Part shown: positions 26,695 to 40,530 of the stretch, piece by piece
Position numbering within the stretch: the stretch's first letter is position 1
Layout of the letters: each line of letters opens with the position of its first letter
From: Bugula neritina
Lineage: Eukaryota > Animalia > Bryozoa
DNA length: 64,000 nucleotides
Assembly (NCBI GenBank): GCA_964035545.1
Contig: OZ037771.1
Location: forward strand, 1,871,628 to 1,935,627
Direction: 5' to 3'
The notes under the pieces: generated by a model
The model's database searches: none
Seen by the model: the letters and a program-made list of their open reading frames with translations, nothing else
Told to the model about the DNA's origin: nothing
Translations under genes and position numbers: made by a program

Positions 26695-28045
26695 CAAAAC
26701 TGCATGAGTGAAGAAAGGCACATCATGAGCTCCATATGTTATCATCTGTGAAACAGGTTGATGCACTAAATAAGTGGAGTATGATATATTACTTAGTATA
26801 ACAAACCCTTTCCATGATAGGAATTTCTCTATCCAGCCTGTAAAATCAAATTGAACATTACCTTATTATTACAGGTCGATTCTGTTAAAGATTTTAGGGA
26901 GCAGCTGTGGTCTAGGGGTTGGATCGCTGGCTGTTAGTAAACTAAAAAGTTATGGGCTTAAACCTCCATAAAGGCCATTGGTGATGTTATGAAGAGCATC
27001 CGGTCATAATTGCTCTTGTACCACATGTGAAACAAATTTTAAAAATCCTTTCTATCGGAGACTCTCACAGTGATAGTGGCTATAAGCTTTCGTGAGTTTT
27101 ATTCTGTTCTAAATCTACTTTAATTTTTAGTTATTTCAATCAGTGAAACTTTGCATACACGCCATATACAGGTGCCTTTCTAACAATATACCAGAAAAAT
27201 CTTGTTACTATGCCAACTAAATTAGCATACAATCTTACTCACTCTAGTGCAGTTTAACATGCTGTTAATTTTGATAAGGATTGTATACACTCACCTCCCT
27301 GTCCATTGCTACAGGATAAGATGATACACCCGAGACCCACTGCCCAAGCTGCACCAGAAAATGTGTTGAACATGTTTGATTCAAACAGGGTTGCTCTATG
27401 CCAGCCTGAGCTGACAGGAAATGTGCCGAATACTACACTGGGACAGAGCACTCCAGCAACTACCCATAGCAATGCATTTATACTCTGCAAATACAAAACT
27501 AATCTTTGGGCTTCTATACTGTTTTTGGATAATATTTTGGTTTTTGTTAAAAAGCATTTATAGTTTTGATTTTAATGAATTACTTTTTTTCGGAAAATAA
27601 CATTTTGGACAAACTTTTGCAACCAACCCTAGCAAAGTAAGCTACATAAAAGTTTCAGTTTTAGCTTTAGAGAGGTTTCTCAGTAAAATATTGAACACAT
27701 ACACAATTATACACTTATCCTAGCTGTAATTTAATGATGATCAAAAGGCTTGCAGTGTTTTACTATACCTAATCTGGGTATTTGTCTACATAATCGTCAT
27801 TATAGTCACACAATTTGTCATCATTGGTCACACAATGCTTTAAGTCACAAACAAACTGTAACTTAAAACAATATCGGAAATTACAATTTCATGTAATTAA
27901 TAAGACGCTAAAGTAAATTTCTTTAGTACACTTACTTTTGGTAAGCAGTTCTTTTGCTGACGAAGCTTGAATATAAGAAACCCAACTAGAATTCCCACTC
28001 CATATGACTTGTATCTCACCCATAGAGAGTGGTAGAAATTCCAAC
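26695..28045 (-). pseudogene. Three-exon fragment of an NRF-6/O-acyltransferase-like (acyltransferase-3) gene
   Basis: In-phase exons 28045-27936 (WVRYKSYGVGILVGF), 27484-27295 (FSGAAWAVGLGCIILSCSNGQG) and 26837-26695 (GWIEKFLSWKGFVILSNISYSTYLVH). These are typical NRF-6 C-terminal motifs. No upstream exons or final exon were found. Confidence 0.7.
26897..27090 (+). mobile_element. tRNA-derived SINE-like element
   Basis: Degenerate A/B-box-like head followed by the core ggccattggtgatgttatgaagagcatccggtc, shared with the copies at 32.4, 36.1, 38.6 and 57.2 kb. Confidence 0.6.
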
Positions 28046-29193
28046 CTATCTTTAGAGCAAATTGGCTAAAATTCATAAATAATATATGAGTAACAACTAT
28101 AACAGTCTGCCACAAAATAGTTTTATTGTTTATAGACTGAATTGAAGTTTAGATATCTATATTGTAAAAGATTGTAAAAGATAGCTGCAGATAGGATAAT
28201 ATTGTTTCAGCTATCTCAAAGCAAAATTCTATATATACACACTTCTATGATATATTATATTTTATGATTTATATGTTCTTGTCAATTTTCTAGTTTTATT
28301 TACTGATATTTCACGTTAAATGGTTGCATCTACACTCTTTTTGACTAAAAGCATGCATTTTATATAAGTGATCAGGCCTACATCAAAGGGTATACAGCTG
28401 TTTTCAACCATGCAGGTCCTCTAATGTTTTCTGTGTTATTTTCAGTACTAAAAAACACGTTGTCTCCTGCACTTTGACCATAAAAGTAATTTTCAACACT
28501 CATTCTTTAGTTTTATTAGGAGTTGTCTTTTATCTAAAATTGCATCATATAAGTATAAAGCTAAGTAAAAGACAAACAGACGTTATATTTTCCAGTATTT
28601 TACTCAATAATTTAGTATAAGGCAGCCAAATAAAATATTTTTTCAATTGCTAATAGCTTTTTAAATTACCTTCAGCTACGTAAATATTATAATATAAGCC
28701 TTTAACTAAGACTGAAATCTTAACCAGTTTCAAAAGCTTAGAAGGTTGTGATTTTATCATTGTTATAACTTTTAGAGTTTAAACATAAATATGTTTTCTT
28801 TTCTTTGCGAAAAGCATCAAAAAAGCCGGACCAGAACCTTCACAATGTAACAGCGACAGCAGCTTTAGATTGGCAGCAATTAAAGAGAGCATAGTTTTAA
28901 AATACAAGATGATAAATAACACTACTAAGAATCTTGATCTTTTTTTATAAAATATCTTTATTATTATAACATATAAGCTAATTTTAGCTATTATTACTAT
29001 AATGTAGAATATTAGACTAACTAAATTTTCATTTATATCTAAAGCTGGCTGCCGAATGAAAACTATTTGTTTTGTTCTAGAATGAGGCTACAAAATCTAC
29101 ATACAAGAAAGGTATCCGCATTATCAGAAAGCCAAGTGGTTGCATTTTAAACGTAGCTTGTCTATAGAGCCATCCTTGAAAGCATTTGCCACA

Positions 29194-29319
29194 GATACCG
29201 TGACTAAAGACACTGTGACCAAAGACACTGTGACCAAAGATACTGTGACCAAAGACACTGTGACCAAAGACACTGTGACCAAAGACACTGTGACCAAAGA
29301 CACTGTGACCAAAGACACT
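29194..29319. repeat. 15-bp minisatellite (gacactgtgaccaaa) x8
   Basis: Directly visible, about 480 bp upstream of the TNF-like gene 2 ATG. Confidence 0.97.
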
Positions 29320-29799
29320 CTGATTGCAGACACCTGCTACTAAATTGTGAGTTTTATAAGTTACATTAAGTCACTGTGATTTGCATTGTATTGAGTTAAA
29401 ACTTTGATAAAATTAATTTGAGCTTTTTAAGAGATAATTACTCAGTGCTTCTGCACCCAAAGTTTAGTGAAATCAAATATAAACATTTACGCGAAATATA
29501 TAAACTACAAATTGTAAATAGTTACGTAAACTCTAGGCTTTTAAAAACAGTGTTTATGCTATTTTTCTTTCCCTGTCAAACAAAATTAATTTCTTAATTT
29601 TTACTTCCCTATACTCAGCCTTTGGCTCATTGTTTAATAATTTCTGCTATATCTTTGCTATTTTTAAATGTTTACACTGTTTTACATCATGCAAGGCGCC
29701 AGTTTGGATATAAAACATGCATTTATAAACAATTTCTTAGCATATAAACAATATTTATAATGTATCTGCATTTCATTTCAACTTAATCAGCTTAACAAG

Positions 29800-30611
29800 A
29801 TGGATGAGCAAAAAGACTTTAGCCCTAGGAAAAGACAGTCTTGGGCTGTTTGCGTTTCTGTCTTTTCTCTACTGGTAACTCTTTCCGTGGTGTGTGCTGG
29901 AGGCGTTTATGTCTACCAAACAGAACAAAGAATTGGTCAACTGGAGAAAGCAAACATTGAGTTTGATGCTTCCTCGCAAAGGGTGAGATATTGGCGTGGT
30001 TTAAATTGAGTACTTTAAGTTTGATGCAACCAATTGGTCTTTATGGTACTCGGAATGACTTGTTAACAACTAGTATATGAAACAGCATTTAAGGAATCTT
30101 ATTGCAAACTTTTTTTTCTCTTTAAATTCGTTTTATATAGTTAGAAAAATTACACCGTTGTTAATTTAATACAGATTTAAATATAAATTGCTTACTGCTG
30201 GGTTTTTGAGAGTTAAGGCCAACAAGTCTTCATGCATTTAGTCAGCTTGCTATATATTTTAATGCTTTACATTAAGTTATTTTATTTTGCTATAAGGTTG
30301 CGTGAATTTTTTTCTTCTTGCAGTCAATGCTGTAAGATATTAACACAAATATTTTTTTTTTAAAATTGCAACTTATGTTTAAAAAAGGAGAATGGAGAGA
30401 CCAGGCTTAGTCAGAAAGACTCAATTCAGGAACGCATCAAAAGACAAATAGATTTCCATGTAGAAACAGATCATGGGGCTCTTGAATATCCTGGTAGGCT
30501 AACAATTCCTCCTACACTCTGGCTTACTTTTCTAACTCTGTTGCTGTTTAATATAAACTTGCATAAAATACCTAGTCAGGAATAAAGGTTATTTTATACA
30601 CACACACACAG

Positions 30612-30708
<97 letters not shown>

Positions 30709-33377
30709 TTGTATAATAAAATATATATACAGTTCAGATCAAATAGTATCTATATTGCAGGAGTTCCATCAAGCATGATTGCTCTAATCTATGGAGATAC
30801 TGCATACCACAGAGAAGTGATGAAGTTAAACGGTAATCCTAAATTCAAACTTTGTTCCATGCAGCTGACCTACTATTAATTGTTATTTGTTGTCCACACA
30901 CCATGTTCCTGGCTACCATAGACCTACCTATAAGATAATAATTTTATAATTATTGTAAAACTTAGGCCTTGGAATATTGTGATTAAAATTAATGCATGTG
31001 ATGTATCACTTAGTCTTCACTGCAATGAATTAACTCAGATTCAAAAGATGTTCTTTTATGGTATTGCCTTCTTCTAGAATTACATAATCTTTCATTTAGC
31101 ATACGCAATGGTGAGAAGATGTAGTTTTGCTAATATTTTTCATAATAGTGTGCACATCCTGTTTGCTAAGAAATAATATGCAGCAGCACTGCCAAACTCA
31201 AATGCTTAACTTTATAATGCATATGGTATTTTTCTCCGTAAAATTTTGCCATATTACAGAGAGTAGGCTGCAGTTAGAAAGATTGGAGAAAGCAGAATAT
31301 GATTATGGCTGTCACTCAGTTATGCGTGACAAGTTAACAGAAGAGTATTGGTGCTATACTAATTCTGACACTCAAAGTGATCGTTTCATGACAGCTCGTA
31401 AGTCTAAACTTATATAGTTTACATGGCACATTCATGGTAGGCAAACAAAAGTTTTTTAGGCTTATCTCCTCTTGCTTTTTTTTTTAATAACGATTTTACA
31501 AAAATTCTTTCAAATTGTCATTGCTATAATAAGCATGTTTGTCAGGAGTTACTGTAAAACTTAGTGCTTTAAAATTCATGACAAAAAACAATATAGTAAT
31601 GTCTACTTCAGGCTTATCTCCTCCTGAATTATTTTTGTATTTATCACTAGCAGCATTTTAAATTACATACATTGCACATTGCACATTTTACCTATACATC
31701 ACCATATCTCTATGAAAATATAAAAAACTGCTAAATTCAGCCTGGCATTGAGTTATAATATTGTTTGCTCTAAATGAAGCCATAGTGAAAATATTTATAA
31801 CCAGTTTAACATAAGTTGAATAATTTAATTTATCTTTTTATATCTTCAAAGCCTCACATTTATTTTTGAGTGTGATATATTTTCAATAAAATGATCATAG
31901 TAAATGAACTTTAATATGTTTTGCAACTTAATAATTTTATTACAATGTTTTTTAAAACATCAAACTGGAAATAATGACTCGGGTCTTGTTATAAACTGCC
32001 TCAATTAAGTTTATTATAGCTATAAGCCAGTGATTAAAACTATGTACCCTAATATTTTATGCATACTATTGCTATTTTTTATGATTATTTTATAGTTTAC
32101 AATCATCGATATCCACATTTCAAGATGGCTCCTTGGATGAATACAACAAGTTCATATGAAAATTATAAGTTTACCAGCGAAGGAAATCTTCTAATTAAGA
32201 AAACAGGGTTGTACATTTTATACGCTAATGTAAGTAACTACAAAATTGTTGTATATATACTTCACTATATATAATTAAAAAAACTGATTAAATGCAGCTT
32301 TATAGACTGCTGAATAAAACGATAGAAATAAAGAAATTTCTTGAAAAAACTATATCTTTCCTTACCAGCAATTGCATGGAGCAGTAGTAGGAGCACAAGT
32401 CTAGTATAACATGAGTCATGAGTTCAGGTCAAGGCTGTTAATGATGCTAAAAAATTACTTTATCTTAACTGCTCTTGTGCCTCGCGTCAGTCAAAGCCTT
32501 CTAACCAATTTGCTAGCATGATGAGAAACACAGGCTTTAGCTTAAATTTTTTGCTATCAGAGGACTGGGTAAATTGTGCAAGCTTCAAATGAGAGATTAG
32601 ACGAGCTTTAACATGTATTCTGTTGATCAGTTTTATAAGTTATAATATATATTATATAATATTCATTATGTAATATTTATTTCATAATAATTATTATGTA
32701 ATAGTTATTATATAAAATTTATTATATAATATTTATTATGCAATATCTATCATATAATTTTTATAAGATAGTTTTTATTCTATAGCATTTATTATATAAT
32801 AATTATTATTTAATATAATATATTATATAATACTTATTGCATAGTATTTATCATTAATTAATTTTATAAATTATAATTTTTATTATATAACATTTGTTTA
32901 CAGGTAATGTTTGCTGATGTTGGACAAGGTGACCGCCCAGGTTATGGCGTGTACAAAACTACCAGTCAAAATGATGAACAGTTAATTAGCTTTTGCTTCA
33001 CATCTGATTTGGGTTATGGCACATCTTGTCAAACCTCACAGGTAAGTCAGAATAATGCCTCTGATCTGAATTATTCATATGCAGAACTATTTTGTAAGAA
33101 ACATTCTACCATTTACTTTGTCAATACTAATTAGTGCGCCAGCTTATTTTTGAATTTTAATATAATAAGCAAGTTTAAATGTTTTGCCAAATTACAGTGT
33201 CTTTCATAGTAGTTGTTAGATTAAATACAATGTTGAGTTGTTTTCTCTTTGTAGCTAGTGAGTTTAACAGCTGGTGACGAGGTTTACATGAAAATTCAGA
33301 GTTATGTATGGATCGAGTTGAAGAAGGAGAATTTCAATCTTGCTCTGATTATGCTGAACAATGAGTCACTGTTTTAG
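29800..33377 (+). CDS. TNF-superfamily ligand 2, 7 exons, ~297 aa
   Basis: Exons 29800-29982, 30388-30493, 30761-30832, 31260-31397, 32096-32229, 32904-33041, 33255-33377. Same intron phases (0,1,1,1,0,0) as gene 1. TM segment, RIKR, GNLLIKKTGLYILYANVMF, LTAGDEVYMKI. Confidence 0.88.
30598..30705. repeat. (CA)n microsatellite
   Basis: Directly visible, in intron 2 of TNF-like gene 2. Confidence 0.97.
32367..32485 (+). mobile_element. Degenerate tRNA-derived SINE-like copy
   Basis: gtcatgagttca...ggctgttaatgatgct...actgctcttgtgcc resembles the other copies. Confidence 0.45.
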
Positions 33378-34337
33378 AGTTGTGACAAACCACAGTTCTG
33401 TTTAATTGCTTGCCTACTGTCCTCTTACGTTAAACTATTTTCTTATATACAAGAATATTTGTAATCATCGTTGTAAATTTTTTTTAAACATATGTAATAA
33501 ACTTTTTTAAATAATTATCAACTAGTAGCTTGGATTATAAAGTTTATAAATCTTATAGTTGAATAAAAATATAATAGCACTATAACTGCAGAACTTGTAT
33601 CTTCTATTTTATTTAAAAAATAATATCTAATAATAATAAAATATACACATATAGATAAATATTGTAACTACAACAATATTCATCTATAAATGGCCATATA
33701 ATCATAGTTCTCGGATATAATATTAGGAGTTGCCTGTACTACAGCTACTTGTATATCAACTTTAAAAACAGGTGGGGTGGGGTTGAGTAAAGGCGAGATA
33801 AATCCAGGCTGCATGACATTTAGTATAATATTGAAGATTTGTATTATAGCAACAAAGGCAATACATTTGTAGGTATTAAGTTTCAGTGATATAAGAAGCC
33901 TAAAAATGTGAAACAAAACTTGTTGGAATAAAAATTGGAGAATGTCCAACTTCATAAATAATTCTTTGACATTGTTTCAATCAGTCTTTCTACCTCAATA
34001 GCTTTTGAAAAGGTGTACAATGCAAAAACTATATAGCAAGTTAATGCCAAAGTTTCAACAAGTGCTTAGCCACAGTGTCTAGCTGAAATTTCGAGTTGTT
34101 GCAGCACCCACCCTCAAATACACTATAAGTTCTGTAGTTACTCTGGCAGATTACAGATTGATGTGATTGGGATGTATTGAATAGTAGGATACAACTGTCA
34201 CACATTAGTATATTTGTTGCATGCAAACTTATATCCAGGGTATGAAAGGAGGCGGGCCATCATTGCAAGCATGTAGCAAACAATTCATAGCATCAATTCA
34301 TATCAGCTAAGGTAGGAATATTTTCACTACCTTCAAA

Positions 34338-37300
34338 ATGGAAGACAAACTCAGGCAAAATATTGATGTAACAGAAGAAAATGATAGAGTAATAACATAC
34401 AAAGCTGTTCCTAGCTCTTCCGTCATCCTACAGCAAGTGATAATAGGTGTTCTGCTGATTCTTATCGTCATGGCAACAGCCTGGCATAAAACAAGCATGG
34501 AGACACTAGAAGCCAAGGTACAGAGACTGGAAGATATACTGGTCAATGGATGTTTCGATAGTGTAAGTAAAGAGTCGATGAGTCATTGGTAATTTCAGGA
34601 AAGTTGCTGATTCATTAAAGTGTTAGCTTTAATATAAATCATCCTAGAGTAATCTGTATTATCCAAGATGCAATAGAGTGAAATTTCCATAAAAGTAAAC
34701 ACATTGTAATACATAGCTGTCTATATATTACATTTTGCAAATAGTGTAGAACTCCAAGGGATGGTGATGCAATGATCACGCACTCATTACAATATTTTGT
34801 TACAGAAGCATTCCGTGTACTTTCTAAGCAATTTTTCCAATTAAGTTTAAAATGTGCATCAAATAACTTTGAAATGATATGAAACATTTCAAGTATATTC
34901 TTTTGAATAAGTATATATAAGCATGCATATTTTATTGTCTTACAATGCTTAACTTTTGACGTTTCTATTTTTGGTGAATTTGCGAAATAAGTTCTCACTA
35001 TAATGTATTATAATGCAGCATGGAATTGTTGTACTTTTCCTAATGCCAGCTCTGAAAAAGTTTAGTTCCCTTGATTTACTTGGTATTGTTATGGTTGTAA
35101 AGTTATTATGCTTTTTGAAGTAACAGAAAACATTGCAGCTAGTGATAATAGCAATACATATGGCATAGTCAATCAAATTAATCATTCTTTGACATATTGC
35201 CAACCACAGAAAAAGTTCCTTGTACAAAATTTCCTAGTAGTCATAATGGTAATTACATTTATAAGCGGGAACAAATAAGTTACATCTCAATGCTAAAAGT
35301 AGATTATTTATTGTGCTAAAAAGTCACGAGAAAGTGAGTACAGTGAGCACAAGGAACCAAAATGCTATTGCTTTCTAAGTCATAAGCTTAAAATCATTAA
35401 GCAAAACTTATAAAACCTATACTAAACAACATGAAGTTAGTTAGGTACTTTAAGCTAACCTTCATGACATTGTATACTTTTTCCTTGAACACTTATTATT
35501 TTTTCTCTGTTTGCAAAAAATTCAGCTAGATCTTGGTATTTCAGTTTTCAAAGTTACATTTTTTCCTTTTGTCGTTAATAGCAGAAGAATGGGAAGAAAT
35601 CGGTGCATTTTGGACTGTCTGCAAAAGAGCACTACAACAAGAAAAGAAGTTTGGGCCTTTTGCAAGACACTCACATAAATTATCTTCGTACAGGTGAATC
35701 TGACCACATGAGGGATCATCATCACGGTAAGACAACTATGAACAAACACACAAAACGATTTATCACTGCACTAAAACATTTTCAAAAACTTCTTGGAACT
35801 GAGATAGATCACTTTCGTGGTAAAATTTAAGGAAGTTTTGAATGATAAGATTAAAGCAATGTTTAAGTATAAAGCCACTCAGATTAAGGGGGTGTGACTC
35901 AGGGGGTGTGGCTCAGGAGGTGTGGCTCAGGTGGTGTGGCTCAGGAGGTGTGGCTCAAGGGGTGTGGCTCAGGAGGTGTGGCTCAAGGGAAATAACTAAA
36001 CTTATTTGAGATGAGTTGTAAATTCCCCCCAACAAGGTTATGTAATCAAAAGAACTGAAAAGTGTTTTGGTTAAACCGGGCTAATATTTAAATAAGGCAC
36101 AGGAGCAATTATGACTGGATGCTTTTCCTAACATCACCAGTGGCCTTTGTCTGGGCTTGAACCCATGACTTCGTGTTTACTAGGCAAATATGCTCTAACT
36201 CCTTGACCACGGCTGCTATAACATCAGTTTTCAATAAGTATTTATCACTTCTATTAGGAAGATACAACTACTGCAAGTATCTCTACTGTTTGTTTCAATA
36301 GTCAACAAATAACAGCACTAAAACCTCCTATCTTTTGTTGCTATGACAACCTGAATCACCATAACAACTGTTGTGTTACTTTGTTTTAGGTTTGAGCGTC
36401 AGCAACATTGCCCTGCTTTATGCTGACCCTCTACACATCTCAGATATTAGCAATGCTTCAACAAGTACGTAAATATTTACTTTAACATAGATAAATCATA
36501 AAGAGAATATGCTATTGGAGGTGCTGATATAGTTTTAAAGTTATATTAGTACATGCATGACCAGAGCTTTCATCTCAGGTTATATTGTTTGGCATTGCTT
36601 AAAAGTTGCGAAGTAGTAGTAATAGATGTATAGGCTGCATTTTAAATAATTACAATTACAACATTACAGATATAATAAAATAATATGTGTGATAAATATA
36701 GAACAAAATGGTATAAAATTAAATAACGTTTTACAAGTGCCACTCAGTAATATTATAAGAAAATTTTTTTGATATTTAGCTCTGTAGGCGTATAACTGAA
36801 ACAAATGCTTTTTGGTGGGCAAGTTTTTCAAGTAAAAAGATATTGTATAATTACTAAAAATTAAAGCTATTTATTATTCTAAATGTACTTTTTGCAAATT
36901 ATTTGTATGATGGAATGTGTACGTTTAATGTTTAAAAGTAAAAAAATCAATAAATGATAAAATATTTTAGCAATATAAAAGAGCATAAAAATTGCTTTAT
37001 ATAGATATTATAGGTGCTTTGCTATTGAATAAAAAATGGTTGCCACTCGTCAAGTTTAAAATTATTTCCAAGAGCTGTTAATTAAAATAAAATCAGGATT
37101 TGAGTTATCTAATTGAAATTTTAATAGCAATACTGTTTATAAAACATGTTTAGCAGCTGCAAGCATGAAGATGCAACCCTCCCCTCAACCAAACAACCCT
37201 GACTGTTTCAAGAATGGAAAGGGTAGCATCTGGTGTCGACCTTTGAACCAATATCAAAAGCACAAGTTCAAAATCAAAAGTAAACTACTATTGTTATTTT

Positions 37301-37451
37301 GATTTTAATCCCAAATGGCACCTATTTTATACACTTTGGAATATTAATATTTCTTATATCAATTATTGTAAGATGTTGTTTAAAGCCATAATATATAATA
37401 TAGATGATTATATAAATTATATATATGTGTGTGTGTGTGTGCGTGTGTGTG

Positions 37452-37515
<64 letters not shown>

Positions 37516-39340
37516 TGTGTGTGTATCCATTTGAAGAACTTACTATTAATCTAAAGCACATAATTATTATACACATGTTCTACACTCGCTATAATATACC
37601 TATTACAATGTATATGCCTATATACTATATTATATATTACGAACCTGCTAAGAACCCATGACACACCTACTATAGGTATACTAAGTACCTAAGACACACC
37701 TACTATAGGTATACTAAGTACCTAAGACACACCTACTATAGGTATACTAAGTACCTAAGACACACCTACTATAGGTATACTAAGTACCTAAGACACACCT
37801 ACTATAGATATACTAAGAACCTAAGACACACCTACTATAGGTATACTAAGCACCTAAGATATTTAGAACAAAACTAGAATTTTTTTCTTTTTATAAGGCT
37901 TATTACTTTATTTTATCATTTTACTTTAGAGTAAAAAATTTTATAGAGCTTATTTAAACACTCTAAATATTGAATTATCTCACTATATTATTTTAATGCA
38001 ATATAGAAACCTATTATATACATACGTAATTCTGTCAAAAGGCTACAACTTATAACATGAATTAAACTTTCCATCAGGTATAACAGGGCATTATCCTTAC
38101 TTCAAGCCGGCACCTTGGATGACTGACTCTCTCTCTGAGCAGAATTTCAATGCTTCTCTCTCGGAGAAAGGTGAAGTCACCATTTTGACTTCCGGAATAT
38201 ACATTATAACCTCAAATGTGAGTACATAATATAGTTCTTATCCTGGTATTATCAAATATCATTTTACTACAGAGTCTGTGACCAGCTGAACAATCAGCCA
38301 AGTCCTACTAGTTGTCAGCTACCCTAGTATTTCAATCAGTAATCAATGAGCTACAGAGTATATGAACATACGCTATCGCAGAGAGTTGCTGTCAATATTT
38401 TAGGTAGACAAAATTTTCTACAGCTTAGAGATTGGCAATAAAAATTGAAACTCCTTAAAATGCTGCCTTTTGCTTTTAACTACTTGCGTTATTATTATAA
38501 CATTTTTCTTCAATAATAAACCTCATGCGGTTTTATAATCACTATCCTTGTAAGAACCTCTGGTGAAAAGAAGTTTTTAGCAGGAGCTAAGGCCTTGTTT
38601 TCTATGTGTTAAAAGAACATTTATATCTGAATGGTCTTCCTAACATCACTAATGACCTTTACTATTTGAACCATTGACCCCGTGTTTACTAAGCCATTGC
38701 TCTATCCACCAGACCAATACTGTTACCAACCACTGTTTTTAATATTCATTAAATAAGCTTGCTTTCATAATCTACTTTTACATAATCGTAAATGCAGATG
38801 GATTTTCCTGAAGTCAAGTTTGAGAAAGTGTACTACGGGGTGTACCGACACGTCCCAACCAATGATAAAGATGAAGAACTGAGTTTATGCTCTTTTTCTG
38901 CTGCTAACAAAGGCAGTGGAGGGCAATACCCCTGCCGCACTTGGCAGGTAAAATATCCAAGTTTTAAACTTTATACATCCTATGAGTTTGAAAGATAATT
39001 GCTTTCAATAATAGTTATAAATAATTAGAGTACTTTACAATTTAATTTATTGAAAATTAATAAGTGAGAAATATTTTTGTTTAAACTACTTTATTTATTT
39101 AAATAAACAAAGGAAACTATATTCTCACCAGCTAGCAGTTTCATTAAAAATAAACATTTTGTTTATTCGTTTATTTTATTTCGTGTTATTATGAAATTAT
39201 AAATTGCAATATACTTTTTGTAGTTGGCAACACTAAATGCAGGAGACAAAATATACTTGAGAATTAGTGGGTCTAACTGGTTCAACATTAATAAGAACTT
39301 CTTTCTTGCTCTCATCAAACTTAATGAATGGACTTTGTGA
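34338..39340 (+). CDS. TNF-superfamily ligand 3, 7 exons, ~325 aa
   Basis: Exons 34338-34562, 35582(or 35585)-35726, 36390-36464, 37154(or 37157)-37279, 38078-38217, 38798-38947, 39224-39340. Motifs GEVTILTSGIYIITSNMDF, LC...YPC, LNAGDKIYLRI. Confidence 0.88.
35888..35985. repeat. 14-bp G-rich minisatellite (ggaggtgtggctca) x7
   Basis: Directly visible, in intron 2 of TNF-like gene 3. Confidence 0.95.
36094..36218 (-). mobile_element. tRNA-derived SINE-like element
   Basis: The reverse complement has a B-box-like gggttcaagccc and the core ggccactggtgatgttaggaaaagcatcc. Confidence 0.6.
37426..37524. repeat. Compound (TG)n/(TGCG)n microsatellite
   Basis: Directly visible. Confidence 0.97.
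37648..37859. repeat. 33-bp minisatellite (ctaagtacctaagacacacctactataggtata) x6.4
   Basis: Directly visible, in intron 4 of TNF-like gene 3. Confidence 0.97.
38620..38726 (-). mobile_element. Degenerate tRNA-derived SINE-like copy
   Basis: Shares ttcctaacatcac...cgtgtttacta with the 36.1-kb copy. Confidence 0.5.
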
Positions 39341-40530
39341 AATTTTCCTTGTGAAATTTGTAGTGTGTATTTAAGTTTTTGCAAATTTTATCTTTAAAAG
39401 ATACTTAATACAATTCCTTAGATTATACTCAAGCTATTTTTACCTAAATTACACATTTTTTTTGTTTTTAAGCAATATTTGTATTTAAAAATTATTACAT
39501 TTGTCATAAATTTTTGAAATGCTTCTTTCATTCTTATAAAAAAACTGTTTTTTTTACATTTATATTTATTTCTAAAATTCATTTGTAAAGGATTAAGATA
39601 AACAATTTTGTACATAGTTCCATTTTTTATTTCAGTTTTGTTTTCTATTTAAAAAGCTTTGTAATTACGCAAAACAATGTATATTCCTTTTTATGTAATT
39701 TCTGTTGTCCATTGCATATACTGTTAGATCAAAAGCTAAAAGTAATACAAATATTATGCCACTATAGATATATTATTTTTCGCATAAAGTATTTGCAAAA
39801 TCAAACAAATGTTTTCTTGAAAAAATAATTTTCACATACTGTTTATGTAGTTTATTAACTGCAATGTTTTGGCACAGATTATTAAATTATACTATATATC
39901 TAATACACGATCATAAATTATCTATTAAGATAATGATTTGTGTAATAATTACTATATAATTGCATAAAACTATTACATAAAAGTCATAAACATATATAGT
40001 TATAATAAAATGGGTTGTAGGAGATGCAATCTCAATAAACACAACTGACTGAAAATAGCAATTTTTTTATAAAGAAGACATACTAACAATGTTATTAACA
40101 AAGAAACAAAGCCACTTCCAGTTATTAGAACTTTATATTCCATTGCTGGTGGATAGCCACAAAGGAAAAGGAATTGCCTTCTCATTATCTGTTTAATCAA
40201 GCCAATCAAAAACAAAAAAATGTTTGGAATGGGTTTTAACAACATCTCCTAGCAGCTACTGGGCAATTGTTGAACCTCCCCATTCTTTATGAAGTTGATT
40301 AGCATTTAATTTTTATGCTACATTATTAAGATAAAAGTAGGCTTATGGGTTATGCTTCGATTGCTATTATCAGCAATCAGTGCTGCATGCAAATCATAGC
40401 TCCATATCCAGGGTAGTGGTAGATATTTCCTATTCACTGCGACTGTTCCGTGATCATATACCACCGTTAACAGCTACTCAGTACATCAATGCAATCTAGC
40501 TAAGGTACGACTGGCTTCAGTATCTTTAGA

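Noticed and set aside
29124-29343. DTVTK / VTVSL repeat ORFs
   Set aside because: Translation of the 15-bp minisatellite; no gene context.
33680-33955. 91-aa minus-strand ORF between TNF-like genes 2 and 3
   Set aside because: No recognisable motif, paralogue or exon chain.
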